From a virus, in IMG/VR virus record IMGVR_UViG_3300045973_000675, positions 15,145-79,144 of that record: a stretch of 64,000 nt of DNA; one strand, written 5' to 3'. Below the pieces are notes generated by a model that saw only the letters and a program-made list of their open reading frames with translations, was not told the origin of the DNA and did no database searches. The stretch's first letter is position 1, and each line of letters begins with the position of its first letter. Made by a program: the position numbers and the translations under genes. Of the stretch, positions 36,938 to 46,525 are shown piece by piece.

Positions 36938-37614
36938 CAGATGCCATCCCCGCCGGTGCCGGCCGGCGCCTTGGCGGCGTCGTACATCGCAATCCCCCAC
37001 GCGATGGCGTAGCAGCACCACACGTAGTGGCCGGCGAATGCGTTCAGATTGTGTTCCCAGAAGTCATCGAAGCTGTAGGTCCGCCCTCCCGCGCCGTGGC
37101 CAAAATCGCAGGCAGCCGAAATGGCCTCCTGTTCGCTGTCGTGGGCTCGGTCCAGTACCTCGTCCTCGATGGCCTCCCACAGCTCGCGCCGCTCGTCCTT
37201 GTCGAGCAGTTGTTCGCGCGCGGCCTCTTTGATCCATTCGAGCCGTTGCTCGCGGATGACCTCCTCGAATCGCTCGCTGTCGAAGCAGTGAACGCTGTGC
37301 CTCTTGTCGACCGATTGGACCTTCTCGGCCCAGTAGCCCAGATTGATCCCAAGCGTCGTCCCTGGGTTCAGATGGCCGCTGTCGGTCCGGAAGAACTGGA
37401 ACATGTCACGCAGGCGACTGAACGTGTAGTCGCCCATGTCGCCCGAATAGCTGAGATAGCCGGGCCACGTGACGAGGTCGAATTGCCGGTTGCGCGTACC
37501 AGGCTGCGCGAATCGAATGTGGCGATAGATGCCGTCGTCCGCGAGGATCGTCATCTGGTGATCCTTCACGTTGGCGAGGAAGTCAGCCTCGCTGCATTTC
37601 CAGTTGGTGCTCAT
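36937..37614 (-). CDS. Conserved phage protein
   Basis: HQMTILADDGIYRHIRF, TWPGYL..SGDMG, YWAEK, WCCYAIAWGI. Confidence 0.75.
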   Translation of the reverse strand: MSTNWKCSEADFLANVKDHQMTILADDGIYRHIRFAQPGTRNRQFDLVTWPGYLSYSGDMGDYTFSRLRDMFQFFRTDSGHLNPGTTLGINLGYWAEKVQSVDKRHSVHCFDSERFEEVIREQRLEWIKEAAREQLLDKDERRELWEAIEDEVLDRAHDSEQEAISAACDFGHGAGGRTYSFDDFWEHNLNAFAGHYVWCCYAIAWGIAMYDAAKAPAGTGGDGI

Positions 37615-38171
37615 CCGACTGCCTCCTGTGCTGGCACTTCATTCCCGAGCGCGTCCCATCGCGGCCGCCGGCGACGCGCGAACATCTCTACGTAGGGGCC
37701 GGGTGCCAGCGATTCGACGATCTGAAAGAACGCATCTGGCTTTTGGGAGTGCTCTCCGGTCGCAGCCTCGAAGATGCTCCGCACACTGTGCGACAGAACT
37801 TCGGGCGTGCCTCTGGTGGCCACAATGCAGATCTCGTGGCTCGCTCGGACGTAGCGCCCCATCCCGAAATGCTCCTTGCCGGTCGAGGTCATCTTCCGCC
37901 AAACGATCTCGCTCTTTGGCGTGAAGCCCCACGCCCGCACCACTTTGTAAGCCTCCTCGACCATCGCGGCCACGCGCCACAGGAACAGCCAGGCGTTGTC
38001 AGCGATGATGGGGAATTCCTCTGAGCCACGAAACGGAAAGCGGAGCAACTCATCGACGGAAAGGCAGGCATAGTTATTGGCGGCTCCACGTGACTTACCG
38101 GGGAGAGCGTCGCCGAACTTCCACGGGGGATCGGCCACCACGCAGGCGTATTCTTGTCCGAATAGATTCAC
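37611..38171 (-). CDS. MT-A70 family adenine methyltransferase
   Basis: ADPPW, LFLW, AWGF, GMGRYVR, HSQKP, EMFAR, GNE. Confidence 0.92.
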   Translation of the reverse strand: MNLFGQEYACVVADPPWKFGDALPGKSRGAANNYACLSVDELLRFPFRGSEEFPIIADNAWLFLWRVAAMVEEAYKVVRAWGFTPKSEIVWRKMTSTGKEHFGMGRYVRASHEICIVATRGTPEVLSHSVRSIFEAATGEHSQKPDAFFQIVESLAPGPYVEMFARRRRPRWDALGNEVPAQEAVG

Positions 38172-38410
38172 ACGGCCCTCCGTAGTGCCACGGGTCGAGC
38201 CTTCGCCGATTGTTCTGCCATTACCGCCTCGTCGAGCGCATCAGATGCCCGCGCCTGTTCTTCCAGCGCGTGAGCCAGCCGCTGCTCGGCCTTGTGCACA
38301 TCGACGCCGCACCGGTCGAGACGAAACTGCGCGCTCTGACGGTCGTGCTGGAGGCGCGATAGTTCAGCGGCCGAGACCGGCCCGGTGGGCTTTCCGATGT
38401 CAGGGCTCAC
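38168..38410 (-). CDS. Coiled-coil hypothetical protein
   Basis: Coupled at both ends. Confidence 0.5.
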   Translation of the reverse strand: MSPDIGKPTGPVSAAELSRLQHDRQSAQFRLDRCGVDVHKAEQRLAHALEEQARASDALDEAVMAEQSAKARPVALRRAV

Positions 38411-40005
38411 GCTGCACCGTCCGGCATGATGCCCTTGACCCGCTTCTTGCCCCGCGCCTCGGCCGCCGCTTCCTTGATGGGGACGATGATCGGCTCGGTG
38501 ACTTCCTTCTCGGGGTCACACCACGGCCGGATGGCGATGAGCGACCACCCGCCCTCGATGACCTTTTCGTAGAAGCGGGCTCGCGTCTGGTCGTCCATGC
38601 TGCCCACTTCGTCCACCTTGATGAGCTTGCCCAATGGATTGGCCCGCTTCGCCAGGTCGACCGCGAAGTCGATCTTCTCGTGGCCACCGCAACGGTCGAA
38701 GCTGACCCCATCGAGGAAGATGTTTCCGTCGACGATGGCCAGGCCTGGAATGGCCTTGGAACGCTCAACCATCTCGGCGGGTGCATCGGTGGTCAAGCGG
38801 TCAACGATGGCCTGCAGGGCCTTGGCCTTGGTGGTGGCGTCGGCCTCGACTTGACCGAGGCGGATCTCCTCGTAGAGGGCGTCGTGGGCCTCACGTGCCG
38901 CGCGGATGAGCTCGACCTTGGACATGGCCGCTGTCACGGCGTCGCCGGCGGCCGCCATCTCCGCTTCGGTTGGGGGCACGATGGTGGCGGAGGCCAGGGT
39001 GGCTTCGAGGTCGTCGGCCTGCGTATGGCAGGACTCGGCCTGGTCGAGCAACCTCTTCGCCTCGACATCGGCGATCTCTAGTTTGTCGAGTTCATTCCGT
39101 TTCGTTTCCACGCGCAGGCGGGCCCGCTCAAAGTCCTCCTGTGCCTCTTCCAATTCAGCGTGGACGCATGCGATGGTTTGGGCGTCGCGAACAGCATCTG
39201 GTCGGGCCAGAATGTCGTCTCGTTCGGCGCGCAACTCGGCGATCCTGGACCGCGTCCCCTGGGTCCGCACGGCCATGGCCTCGGCGTCGGCCTTACGCTG
39301 GACGAGCGCATCCCTTGCCTTCTCGGCCTCGCGCAGGGGCAGATCCTCCTCGCCCTCGAGCGGGACCTCGACGCCCTTGTGCTCGGGACGGTCCAACGAC
39401 TTGGCCTTGGTAACGGCCGCGGCGTGGTCGGTCTTGGCCTTGGCCGCGACCTTGTTGGCCTCGGTGCGCCTGGTCTCAAAGCCGGCCCGCACGTCGTCGA
39501 TGACCTCCAGGCCGAACTTGCCCGCGGGCACCTCGCAGACCTCGCCAGTCCAGCGCTCGAGGTCTTCCGCGGTGACCGGCATTTCGATCACCTCGGACAG
39601 CATCTCGATGCGCCGGGACTTGGTCGCCTTCAGGAACTCGACCGGGTCGAACAGCTTCCCGAACTTCTCCAGCATCTTCTCGCGTGGGCTTTGCCATGGG
39701 CGGGTGTCGCCTTCGTTGTTGCGGATTGTGAGCTTGGGAGAGCCTTCGCGCGGAATCACCTGGCGGGCCGTGAAGCTGGGATTCGGCGGGTCGTCGAAGT
39801 GGGCCATCAGCTCGGCACGGTCAGCGCCCTTGCGGATGGCGTCCTTGCTGATGCCAAGCCCGGTGAGGGTCATCTCGATGGCGTCGCCGATGGTGGACTT
39901 GCCGGTTCCACACGGGCCCTTGATCTCGTTGCCGTCGGGGCCGATCTCAATCACGCGATATGAGATGCAGCCGAGGTCGCGGATGCTGATTGCGGTGAGT
40001 TTCAT
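38407..40005 (-). CDS. SMC/Rad50-like ABC ATPase
   Basis: GPCGTGKST, long coiled coil, CGGHE signature-like motif, IKVDE. Confidence 0.8.
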   Translation of the reverse strand: MKLTAISIRDLGCISYRVIEIGPDGNEIKGPCGTGKSTIGDAIEMTLTGLGISKDAIRKGADRAELMAHFDDPPNPSFTARQVIPREGSPKLTIRNNEGDTRPWQSPREKMLEKFGKLFDPVEFLKATKSRRIEMLSEVIEMPVTAEDLERWTGEVCEVPAGKFGLEVIDDVRAGFETRRTEANKVAAKAKTDHAAAVTKAKSLDRPEHKGVEVPLEGEEDLPLREAEKARDALVQRKADAEAMAVRTQGTRSRIAELRAERDDILARPDAVRDAQTIACVHAELEEAQEDFERARLRVETKRNELDKLEIADVEAKRLLDQAESCHTQADDLEATLASATIVPPTEAEMAAAGDAVTAAMSKVELIRAAREAHDALYEEIRLGQVEADATTKAKALQAIVDRLTTDAPAEMVERSKAIPGLAIVDGNIFLDGVSFDRCGGHEKIDFAVDLAKRANPLGKLIKVDEVGSMDDQTRARFYEKVIEGGWSLIAIRPWCDPEKEVTEPIIVPIKEAAAEARGKKRVKGIMPDGAA

Positions 40006-40169
40006 CGTGTGTTTCCCTTCTCATTGAGGAATTGCTGGGCGGCCTTCTCGGCTGCATTCAATTTATTCGACCACCGTTCGTTCCTATCGAGTGCCTTCAA
40101 TACGGCTCGCAGGTGGTCGACTGCGGTGGTGGGCGCTGGCGTCTGTTCCTGTTGCTTCTTCGACTTCAT
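40002..40169 (-). CDS. Small hypothetical protein
   Basis: MKSKKQQ...; ATG one nt after the CCA of the tRNA-like element; stop overlaps the next start. Confidence 0.5.
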   Translation of the reverse strand: MKSKKQQEQTPAPTTAVDHLRAVLKALDRNERWSNKLNAAEKAAQQFLNEKGNTR

Positions 40170-40170
40170 T

Positions 40171-40239
40171 TGGTGGAGAGTCCGGTTTCGAGCCCGGCCG
40201 TGCGCGATGATCAATCGCGACGTGACACCTTCACTCCCC
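40171..40239 (-). ncRNA. 69-nt tRNA-like element resembling the tmRNA TLD
   Basis: GGGGAGT/ACTCTCC acceptor with G3:U70, then ACCA; stemless D-loop; central hairpin; imperfect T-arm (CTCGAAA). Confidence 0.6.
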
Positions 40240-40297
40240 TTGCGCCCCGTTCGGCCGGGGCCACGCCTTCCACTCCTTTCCGCTGCTATTGGGTTGC

Positions 40298-40762
40298 CTA
40301 GAACGGAACGTCGTCGTCCACTGGCGGACGCGAGGCGTGTTCCTCGCGGTGCTGTGCGCCCGAATTCTTCTCCTCGCCCCAGCCGCGCTTGCCGCTCGAC
40401 TGCTGATTGCCGCCCTGCTTGGTATCGCCGTCGCCTCCGCCCAGGAACACCACGCGATCAGCGACGATCTCGGTGGTGTAGCGGTCCTTGCCTTCCTTGT
40501 CCTGCCACTTGCGGGTTTGCAGCTTGCCCTCGAGGTAGACCATCCGGCCCTTGGCCAGGAACTTGTGGCAGTTCTCCGCCTGGTCGCCCCACACGTTCAC
40601 GCGGTGCCACTCCACCCGCTCTTGCTTCTCGCCGGCCTTGTCCTTCCAGACCTCGTTGGTGGCGATGCTCAGATTGCACACCGGGCGGTTGCTCGTGGTG
40701 TACTTCAGCTCGGGGTCGGCCCCGAGGTTGCCGACCAAGATCACTTTGTTGACGCTGCCCAT
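40298..40762 (-). CDS. ssb: Single-stranded DNA-binding protein
   Basis: [16 protein letters not shown]...EWHRV...DDDVPF. Confidence 0.97.
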   Translation of the reverse strand: MGSVNKVILVGNLGADPELKYTTSNRPVCNLSIATNEVWKDKAGEKQERVEWHRVNVWGDQAENCHKFLAKGRMVYLEGKLQTRKWQDKEGKDRYTTEIVADRVVFLGGGDGDTKQGGNQQSSGKRGWGEEKNSGAQHREEHASRPPVDDDVPF

Positions 40763-40765
40763 CGC

Positions 40766-41689
40766 CTACGCCGCGCCCTTCTGGTCCACGGCCTGGGCTG
40801 GCTGCGCCCGCTCGCTCGCCACGTCCTCAAGTAGCTTCTTGATGTTCGGCAAGGACAGGTCGCCAGACGAGCGGATCTCGAATCCCTTCGGGGGATTGAG
40901 CTTTTCGTTGATCCAGGTGATAGCATCGGCCTTCTCTTTGCCGATCTCCTTCATGGCCGTGAAGAGTTCCTGGAGCTTGACTGCCTTCTCGTCCTTGTCC
41001 TCGCCATCGTTGAGCCAGTCGCGAAATGTGCTCCCGATGTTGTCGACGTGCTCCTTGTCGAATGTCTTTCCGTCGAGCACGTAGCACCGTGTCTTGTCGA
41101 CCTGCACCTCGTGATCCTGGTCGACGTTCAGGACCAAATCGAACTCGTAGTCGACGTCCTGACGTTGCACCGGGGCGGTCCCGATCTTCTTGGGCACCGT
41201 CACCTCTTTCCCGTCCCGATTCTTCTCTTTCTCCAGAACCCACTCGGTCTTCGTGCGCATGGTGCAGATGATGTGGAGTTTTGCCGACAGCAGAGCCTCG
41301 ATGAATTTGTTCTGCTGCGGGGTCAGATCCTTCCACACGTCGAATCTCTTCCCCTTCTTGTCGGCCTGTTCGAGGATGCCACCAGCGCCAGCCCATGCGT
41401 GGGACATGGAATCTAAGATCAAGCAATCGTATCCTCCCGCCTCCGCCTCGCGAATCGACTTGATGTAATCCTCTGGGCTGTGCGAACTAGGAGAGTCCGC
41501 GTCGAACACGAACATATCGCTGTATAGCGACGCGCTCTCGTGTTCCGAATCCCGCAGGGCAATCCTTCCCGTTGGACCGACCAACTGCACCGCGATCTTC
41601 AGTGCGTCTATCGTCTTTCCGCTGCCAGTCGGGCCAATGATTGCAATGCGCGCTCTCTTCTTCTTCTTCGTTGCTCTCGTGAATGCCAT
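40766..41689 (-). CDS. AAA_24 / Sak4-like ATPase (recombination)
   Basis: GPTGSGKT, DSEHESA, LILDSMSHAW, DYEFD, KTR. Confidence 0.85.
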   Translation of the reverse strand: MAFTRATKKKKRARIAIIGPTGSGKTIDALKIAVQLVGPTGRIALRDSEHESASLYSDMFVFDADSPSSHSPEDYIKSIREAEAGGYDCLILDSMSHAWAGAGGILEQADKKGKRFDVWKDLTPQQNKFIEALLSAKLHIICTMRTKTEWVLEKEKNRDGKEVTVPKKIGTAPVQRQDVDYEFDLVLNVDQDHEVQVDKTRCYVLDGKTFDKEHVDNIGSTFRDWLNDGEDKDEKAVKLQELFTAMKEIGKEKADAITWINEKLNPPKGFEIRSSGDLSLPNIKKLLEDVASERAQPAQAVDQKGAA

Positions 41690-41731
41690 TGTGAGTTTTC
41701 CTCTCGTTGTTTTGTGTCGTCGTCGTCAACG

Positions 41732-42457
41732 TCAAATCTGTGGATCTGGGCGCGGGTTGCGCAAAAGCGTCTCGGCTGTGAAAGTGGTGTCCGGGTCGAA
41801 GCCTCCGGTTCGAAGCATCCATGCCAGGTAGTCGCGCGGCACCTCTGTCCATCGCTTGCCCGCATGCTTGCCGAAGTTGCACATGGTCAGCAGCAATGGG
41901 CCGTCAATGAACAGCTCGAATTCCTTGGTGCCCATGCGCTCAAAGTCCGCACGCGCTGGGCCTGCCAATAGCCAGCGAAGCAAGGCCGCTGTCACGATGC
42001 AGTCGCCGAGCGCGCGGTGGGGCACGATGTCGCGAGGAACATCTAGCTTGAGGGCGTACCGAAGGAAGCTGTTGGTGTGGTGTGGAAGCTCGGGCAGGTA
42101 GCGCTTGGCCATCCGCAGGGTATCGAGCCAAGGTTTGTCCGTGAGGGTGGGCAGGAACGACTTGTCGAAGGGGGCGTTGTGGGCGGCGTAGGCGATGGCG
42201 TCGTCGCAGCCGGCGGTCTCGCACGCGAGAGACGCCAGCGCGCAAGGCAACGGCCCGGCATCTTCGAGGTCGGAATCGATCAGGTGATGGCACGCGCTGG
42301 CACCTGGCGAGATGGGGACCGTTGGCTTGACCAGGTAGGAGTCACGGAAGCGCGTGCACTCCAGGTCGGTCCCGACGTAGCCAAGCTCAACAACCTGGTC
42401 GATGGCGGGATCCATGCCCGTTGTCTCGACATCGAGGACCACGAACAGAAGGGTCAT
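41732..42457 (-). CDS. DEDDh 3'-5' exonuclease (ExoX-like)
   Basis: LDVETTG, AHNAPFD, HRALGD; C-terminal FGKHAG...VPRDYLAW. Confidence 0.9.
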   Translation of the reverse strand: MTLLFVVLDVETTGMDPAIDQVVELGYVGTDLECTRFRDSYLVKPTVPISPGASACHHLIDSDLEDAGPLPCALASLACETAGCDDAIAYAAHNAPFDKSFLPTLTDKPWLDTLRMAKRYLPELPHHTNSFLRYALKLDVPRDIVPHRALGDCIVTAALLRWLLAGPARADFERMGTKEFELFIDGPLLLTMCNFGKHAGKRWTEVPRDYLAWMLRTGGFDPDTTFTAETLLRNPRPDPQI

Positions 42458-43512
42458 CGCTTTCCGCCCTTCACCGCTGACGCTACTTTCTTCCAACTCG
42501 ACGTCTCGTATGGATTGCCTACCTTGACGAGCGCCTCCAGCTCCGACTTGAGGCACACCACGTGCCCGTCCTGCCCTTTCAAGCTGGACACCACGTCGGC
42601 CAGCGCATCCGCTGGTATCGTCCGCATTGCGGAGAAGCTCAGCAAATCGTCGGCGCTGACCGTCTTGCGCCCATCGCACGATCCCAGGTGCAACTGCTTG
42701 CCGTTTTTCACGCATCGGCCTCCGTTGCGGACGAACCGCTTGAGGATGTCCTTGGCCAACTTGGCTGCCTTCTCGGCGTATTCGATGCGCTCGGAGAATG
42801 CACCGGCATTCTCATTGGTCAGGTCCACCTGCGGGGTCGCGTCGGCCTCGACCGATGGGATCTGCTCACCCATCACCGCCAGCGCTGTCTTGGCCCTGGC
42901 CAGCCACGCCGGGCAGTAGACCGCCTGGCGGCATCCGCCGCACCATTCCCCAGGACAAGCTACTCGCGGGCGCCCCACCGCGGCCTTGATGCGCGCAAGC
43001 AGCGCCGGGTGGCCAGCGGGCATGAACTCTGGCTTGCCCTCGGGTGAACGACGCGGGAACGTCTCGCGCCCGCGGATTGCGAGGGTCGCCACGCGGAACG
43101 GCTGGCCGCCCGCTGCCATCGACGCCGCAAGTCCCATGGCCACAAGTCCCAGGTCATCCTCGGGCTCCGAATCGTCGAACGCATCGGCGTTGCGCCAGGA
43201 CACGACCATGCACGGGTCGACCAGCACGGCGCCCGGACGCCCGCTCACCAGCACCTCGCCGGTGGCCTGGTCGACCAGGTCGAGAGATTCGCCGACGGAC
43301 ACGATCTTGCCGGGCTCGCCAACGAGCCAGTGCAGGGCCGCGTCCGCCTCGGTGATTGTCGGCTGGTCGTTCGCGTGGAAGGATCGCGCGATTTCGATCT
43401 TGGCGAGGCGGAAGCCGCTCGCGTCGGCGCTCGCTTCGGCGTGCTGTTCCGCCAATTGCGCAGAAAGCCCGCACTTTTCCAATTGCCCCAATAAGAAACT
43501 GCCTACCTTCAT
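42454..43512 (-). CDS. Degenerate PD-(D/E)XK / Cas4-like exonuclease
   Basis: N-terminal Cys plus PGEWCGGC...CP; catalytic acidic residues not evident (GRPGAV). Confidence 0.55.
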   Translation of the reverse strand: MKVGSFLLGQLEKCGLSAQLAEQHAEASADASGFRLAKIEIARSFHANDQPTITEADAALHWLVGEPGKIVSVGESLDLVDQATGEVLVSGRPGAVLVDPCMVVSWRNADAFDDSEPEDDLGLVAMGLAASMAAGGQPFRVATLAIRGRETFPRRSPEGKPEFMPAGHPALLARIKAAVGRPRVACPGEWCGGCRQAVYCPAWLARAKTALAVMGEQIPSVEADATPQVDLTNENAGAFSERIEYAEKAAKLAKDILKRFVRNGGRCVKNGKQLHLGSCDGRKTVSADDLLSFSAMRTIPADALADVVSSLKGQDGHVVCLKSELEALVKVGNPYETSSWKKVASAVKGGKR

Positions 43513-43523
43513 GGTCTTCTCCT

Positions 43524-43724
43524 CTACTGAATCCCAGCCCGCTCCAACAGCGACGCCTTGTTGACAAACCAATTGCCACCCACCACCGTCCCGCGCACCA
43601 ATTCATTTCTGCACCAATAGCGAACCGTCACCTCTGGGATGGTGGCCAGCACGGCAGCTTCCTTGATGGTGATGAATCCGCGGGTGCGAAGCCTCTCAAT
43701 CAGTTGTTGGTTTTGTCTTCCCAT
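43524..43724 (-). CDS. Excisionase-like HTH protein
   Basis: ITIKEAAVL...TVRYWCR...GGNWFV. Confidence 0.75.
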   Translation of the reverse strand: MGRQNQQLIERLRTRGFITIKEAAVLATIPEVTVRYWCRNELVRGTVVGGNWFVNKASLLERAGIQ

Positions 43725-43806
43725 TGGTGAATCCACATTGAGCGAATCAAATCAATTGAGCTAGCTAAAGCGTGTCTGCACTACCCAGTGTCATGGTTGT
43801 GCAGGG

Positions 43807-44034
43807 TCAGTTCTGCACCCGCGCGACTTCGAGCCCCGTCTCGACGCCCCTCACCCGCAATGACGTGTACTCCGCTTGCCGACGATTCCAAGCGATGCGG
43901 CGCAAGCGCGGGTCGAACGTGGGCAGCGCTTCGTAGGTGGCCAGCGACAAGGCGGAGATTCGCCCAGCGTCGTCGATGCTGTAGACGAGTCCGGTCTCGT
44001 TGACGTGGATCATCGCCGCGGTGAATTTGGTCAC
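43807..44034 (-). CDS. Hypothetical protein
   Basis: GTGA-coupled. Confidence 0.45.
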   Translation of the reverse strand: MTKFTAAMIHVNETGLVYSIDDAGRISALSLATYEALPTFDPRLRRIAWNRRQAEYTSLRVRGVETGLEVARVQN

Positions 44035-44324
44035 GTCGCTCGCCCCCCTTCGTCCGCCGCCCCAACGCACGCGGGGTGCATCTTGTCCGCACCCTTCCTG
44101 ATGATGAGCCCGTGCTCGATGATCTCGTCGCAAACGGCGCAGCGAACGATCTCGCCAGTGCCGCCGCAGGCCTTGCACTCGCGTCTCCCGATACAGCCCT
44201 GGCCGCGGCACGGCGGGCACTTACCCTCGGCGATCCACTCGGCGTCGGTCATCTCGACCGCCCAGCGATTGCCGTCGCTCTCGGCCGCGTCCTGGCGTCG
44301 CATCAGTTCGTCGCCCCAGCCCAT
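44031..44324 (-). CDS. DnaJ-type Zn-finger protein
   Basis: CPPCRGQG, CKACGGTG. Confidence 0.55.
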   Translation of the reverse strand: MGWGDELMRRQDAAESDGNRWAVEMTDAEWIAEGKCPPCRGQGCIGRRECKACGGTGEIVRCAVCDEIIEHGLIIRKGADKMHPACVGAADEGGRAT

Positions 44325-44578
44325 CAGGACACCTGCCCCAACTCGGCGCCGGCCCGCAGCAGCTCGTGCTTGGCCGCGTGTAGCAGGTGGCGCTCACACT
44401 CGGCAAACGATCCAGCAATCACGCAGACGCGGCCCTCGAATGTTCCGACGAACACGGTCACGCCGATGGTGGCCGCTCCTCCGCTGGTGATCGTCAGTTC
44501 GAATCCGCCGAGTCTCGCCACTTCGCGTGTGTAGCCGGCGCGCGCGTCGGTCTCCCAGGTGAGCTTGGTGGCGCTCAC
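44324..44578 (-). CDS. Hypothetical protein
   Basis: Coupled ORF. Confidence 0.45.
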   Translation of the reverse strand: MSATKLTWETDARAGYTREVARLGGFELTITSGGAATIGVTVFVGTFEGRVCVIAGSFAECERHLLHAAKHELLRAGAELGQVS

Positions 44579-45210
44579 TTCCGCACCGCCTTGCTGTTGA
44601 GCGTTGCTCTCGCGGATGCGGCTGCCAGTGCAGCGCTATCGACATCCCTGAATGTTCCAAAATACATTCTCTTTCCGTACCGGCATATCACCACTACCCA
44701 TCTGTCCCTTTTTCTATGAACTCCAGCGAATCCACTAGAATTTTGTGATGTCTTTCCTCTCCTGTTATTTGCCTGCTGCAATTGCGTAGCCCAGCGACAA
44801 TTGTTAGGTTCGTAGTTGCCGTCGTTGTCCCTGCGGTCAAGCGTCATCCCTGGCGGGCGAGGCCCCATGTCAGCTAAAAAGTTTTCAAAATTGTTCCACC
44901 TTGGACAAACCGTTATTCCTCTGGCCCCGTAACAGCTGAACAAGTATCCCGACTTTCCCCTCACTCTTGCGCGCATGCCTAGCCATGCCTGATACTCAGG
45001 AGACTTTAGCCTGGAATGCCCATGGGTGATCGTTCCCTTCCTGCATCCGCAGGATCGTGTGAGCCCAGCGCGCAACGCTGATCCGTGAACAATCGATCTT
45101 CCGCCACAGTCACACTTGCACAAATAGCGACGGTGGTATCCTGACTTTGATCGAGACTCCTCTGACACTACAACTAATAGGCCAAAACGTTTCCCATTCA
45201 TGTTTACCAT
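44575..45210 (-). CDS. HNH homing endonuclease with AP2 domain
   Basis: GKRFGLL, CKCDCG, SCGC, YGARGITVC, TLDRRDNDGNYEPNNCRWA, GFAGV...YFGTF; visibly AT-richer than its flanks. Confidence 0.9.
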   Translation of the reverse strand: MVNMNGKRFGLLVVVSEESRSKSGYHRRYLCKCDCGGRSIVHGSALRAGLTRSCGCRKGTITHGHSRLKSPEYQAWLGMRARVRGKSGYLFSCYGARGITVCPRWNNFENFLADMGPRPPGMTLDRRDNDGNYEPNNCRWATQLQQANNRRGKTSQNSSGFAGVHRKRDRWVVVICRYGKRMYFGTFRDVDSAALAAASARATLNSKAVRK

Positions 45211-45410
45211 GTCAAAATCTCAGCTTTCAACGCTTGTCGCGGCTCGCGCGCCCACTTCTCGGCCTCGGCCTGTTCGTCGAATTCGAGCGGCTGCCCGTCC
45301 ACCACCACGAGGCGCGCGGTTCGGCGGTCCGTGGCGGTCCACACCGGGGAGCCCTTGCCGTCGGTGGCGAGCTTGATGGCGTAGTTGCCGATCAAGATGC
45401 GGCTACTCAT
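45204..45410 (-). CDS. Hypothetical protein
   Basis: GGAGG RBS. Confidence 0.45.
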   Translation of the reverse strand: MSSRILIGNYAIKLATDGKGSPVWTATDRRTARLVVVDGQPLEFDEQAEAEKWAREPRQALKAEILTW

Positions 45411-45675
45411 GACCAGCCTCCAGCCAAGCCTGGAACTTTTCAGGCGATCCCCATGCCGCACTCGGGACCTCATTGTAGAGGTAGGCCACGATGGCTTGCA
45501 GGCTGTCCGTGTTTTCGTCGTCAGCGCACGCGAGCGATTCGCGAAGGTCGTTGCACAGGACGGCCGAGAGAAAGCTACCCGGCTTGATGTGCTGGTCGAG
45601 GTAGCGGGCGAGGCCAGCTGCCGTGAGTTCGGGAATGGTCCGACCTCTGAAGTGGTAGCCGGAGGGTGACATCAT
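45403..45675 (-). CDS. Conserved phage protein
   Basis: PGSFLSAVLCNDL...AD..N...AWGS. Confidence 0.65.
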   Translation of the reverse strand: MMSPSGYHFRGRTIPELTAAGLARYLDQHIKPGSFLSAVLCNDLRESLACADDENTDSLQAIVAYLYNEVPSAAWGSPEKFQAWLEAGHE

Positions 45676-45929
45676 CGCACGCGCTCCCCGTTGAATAGAT
45701 CGGCCGTGAGGATGCGCGCCAGCTCGCGGGCCTCGGGAAGATTTGCCGATGCCAGACGGGCGTCGAGCTGGCGGGCAATCTGCGCCGGGGTCAGCTCGTG
45801 GGGAATGGGCTCGGGGTCGAGCTGCGCCTGCATGCCGTGGTTGCGGACCGTCACATTCACCGGGCGGGTCTTCCTGTCGTATGCCTCGCTGGGTGGGGCG
45901 ATGATCCGGTAGCTGCGTGGGTCGGTCAC
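45672..45929 (-). CDS. Hypothetical protein
   Basis: Coupled ORF. Confidence 0.45.
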   Translation of the reverse strand: MTDPRSYRIIAPPSEAYDRKTRPVNVTVRNHGMQAQLDPEPIPHELTPAQIARQLDARLASANLPEARELARILTADLFNGERVR

Positions 45930-46318
45930 GAGCGCACCGCCCTCTGCTCAAGCGCCACCGCTGCCAGCGTCGCCGCATTGAGCGCGTCCGAGTAGTCGAG
46001 GAAAACCTGTCGCACGTCGACCTCGTGGTGGACCTCGAAATCGACGATGTTGGCGCGCTCTTCATCGCTAAATTCCAGGCCGCACATATCAACGGCGGCC
46101 ACCTCGCACCGGTAGGCGTCGCCAGCCTGGACGCAGTCGGGACGCGGGCAGTAGAGGCGGTCGCCGATTTGGTCGCAGTCGTCGGATGGACGGCCGCAAG
46201 CGTGGCAGGTGTCGCGGGTGTAGGCGCCCGGGTCATCGGTCGAGTGGGGCGAGGCGACGGGGCGGCGTACCGCTGGTGCCAGGATGGAACAGGCAACATC
46301 AAACCACGGGATGGCCAT
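45926..46318 (-). CDS. Hypothetical Zn-binding protein
   Basis: CHAC...CPRPDC. Confidence 0.5.
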   Translation of the reverse strand: MAIPWFDVACSILAPAVRRPVASPHSTDDPGAYTRDTCHACGRPSDDCDQIGDRLYCPRPDCVQAGDAYRCEVAAVDMCGLEFSDEERANIVDFEVHHEVDVRQVFLDYSDALNAATLAAVALEQRAVRS

Positions 46319-46320
46319 GG

Positions 46321-46515
46321 CTAACGTCCACCCTTCCCGTCGCGTTCCAAAAGCGCGCTGGCGATCCTGCTCCTCGTGGCCTCGCGGGTCGGTTCCCCAG
46401 CGAGAACGCGGGCCACCGTGCGCGGGTCGGTCTGCGCGGCCACTGCAACCTCGCGGACTACTCGCGCGGGGAGTCTGGTGGCAACCTGCTGCTTCTTGGC
46501 TTTTGATGTACTCAT
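46321..46515 (-). CDS. Cro/LacI-like HTH protein, first gene of the early operon
   Basis: REVAVAAQTDPRTVARVLAG...TRSRI. Confidence 0.75.
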   Translation of the reverse strand: MSTSKAKKQQVATRLPARVVREVAVAAQTDPRTVARVLAGEPTREATRSRIASALLERDGKGGR

Positions 46516-46525
46516 CTTGCTATCC

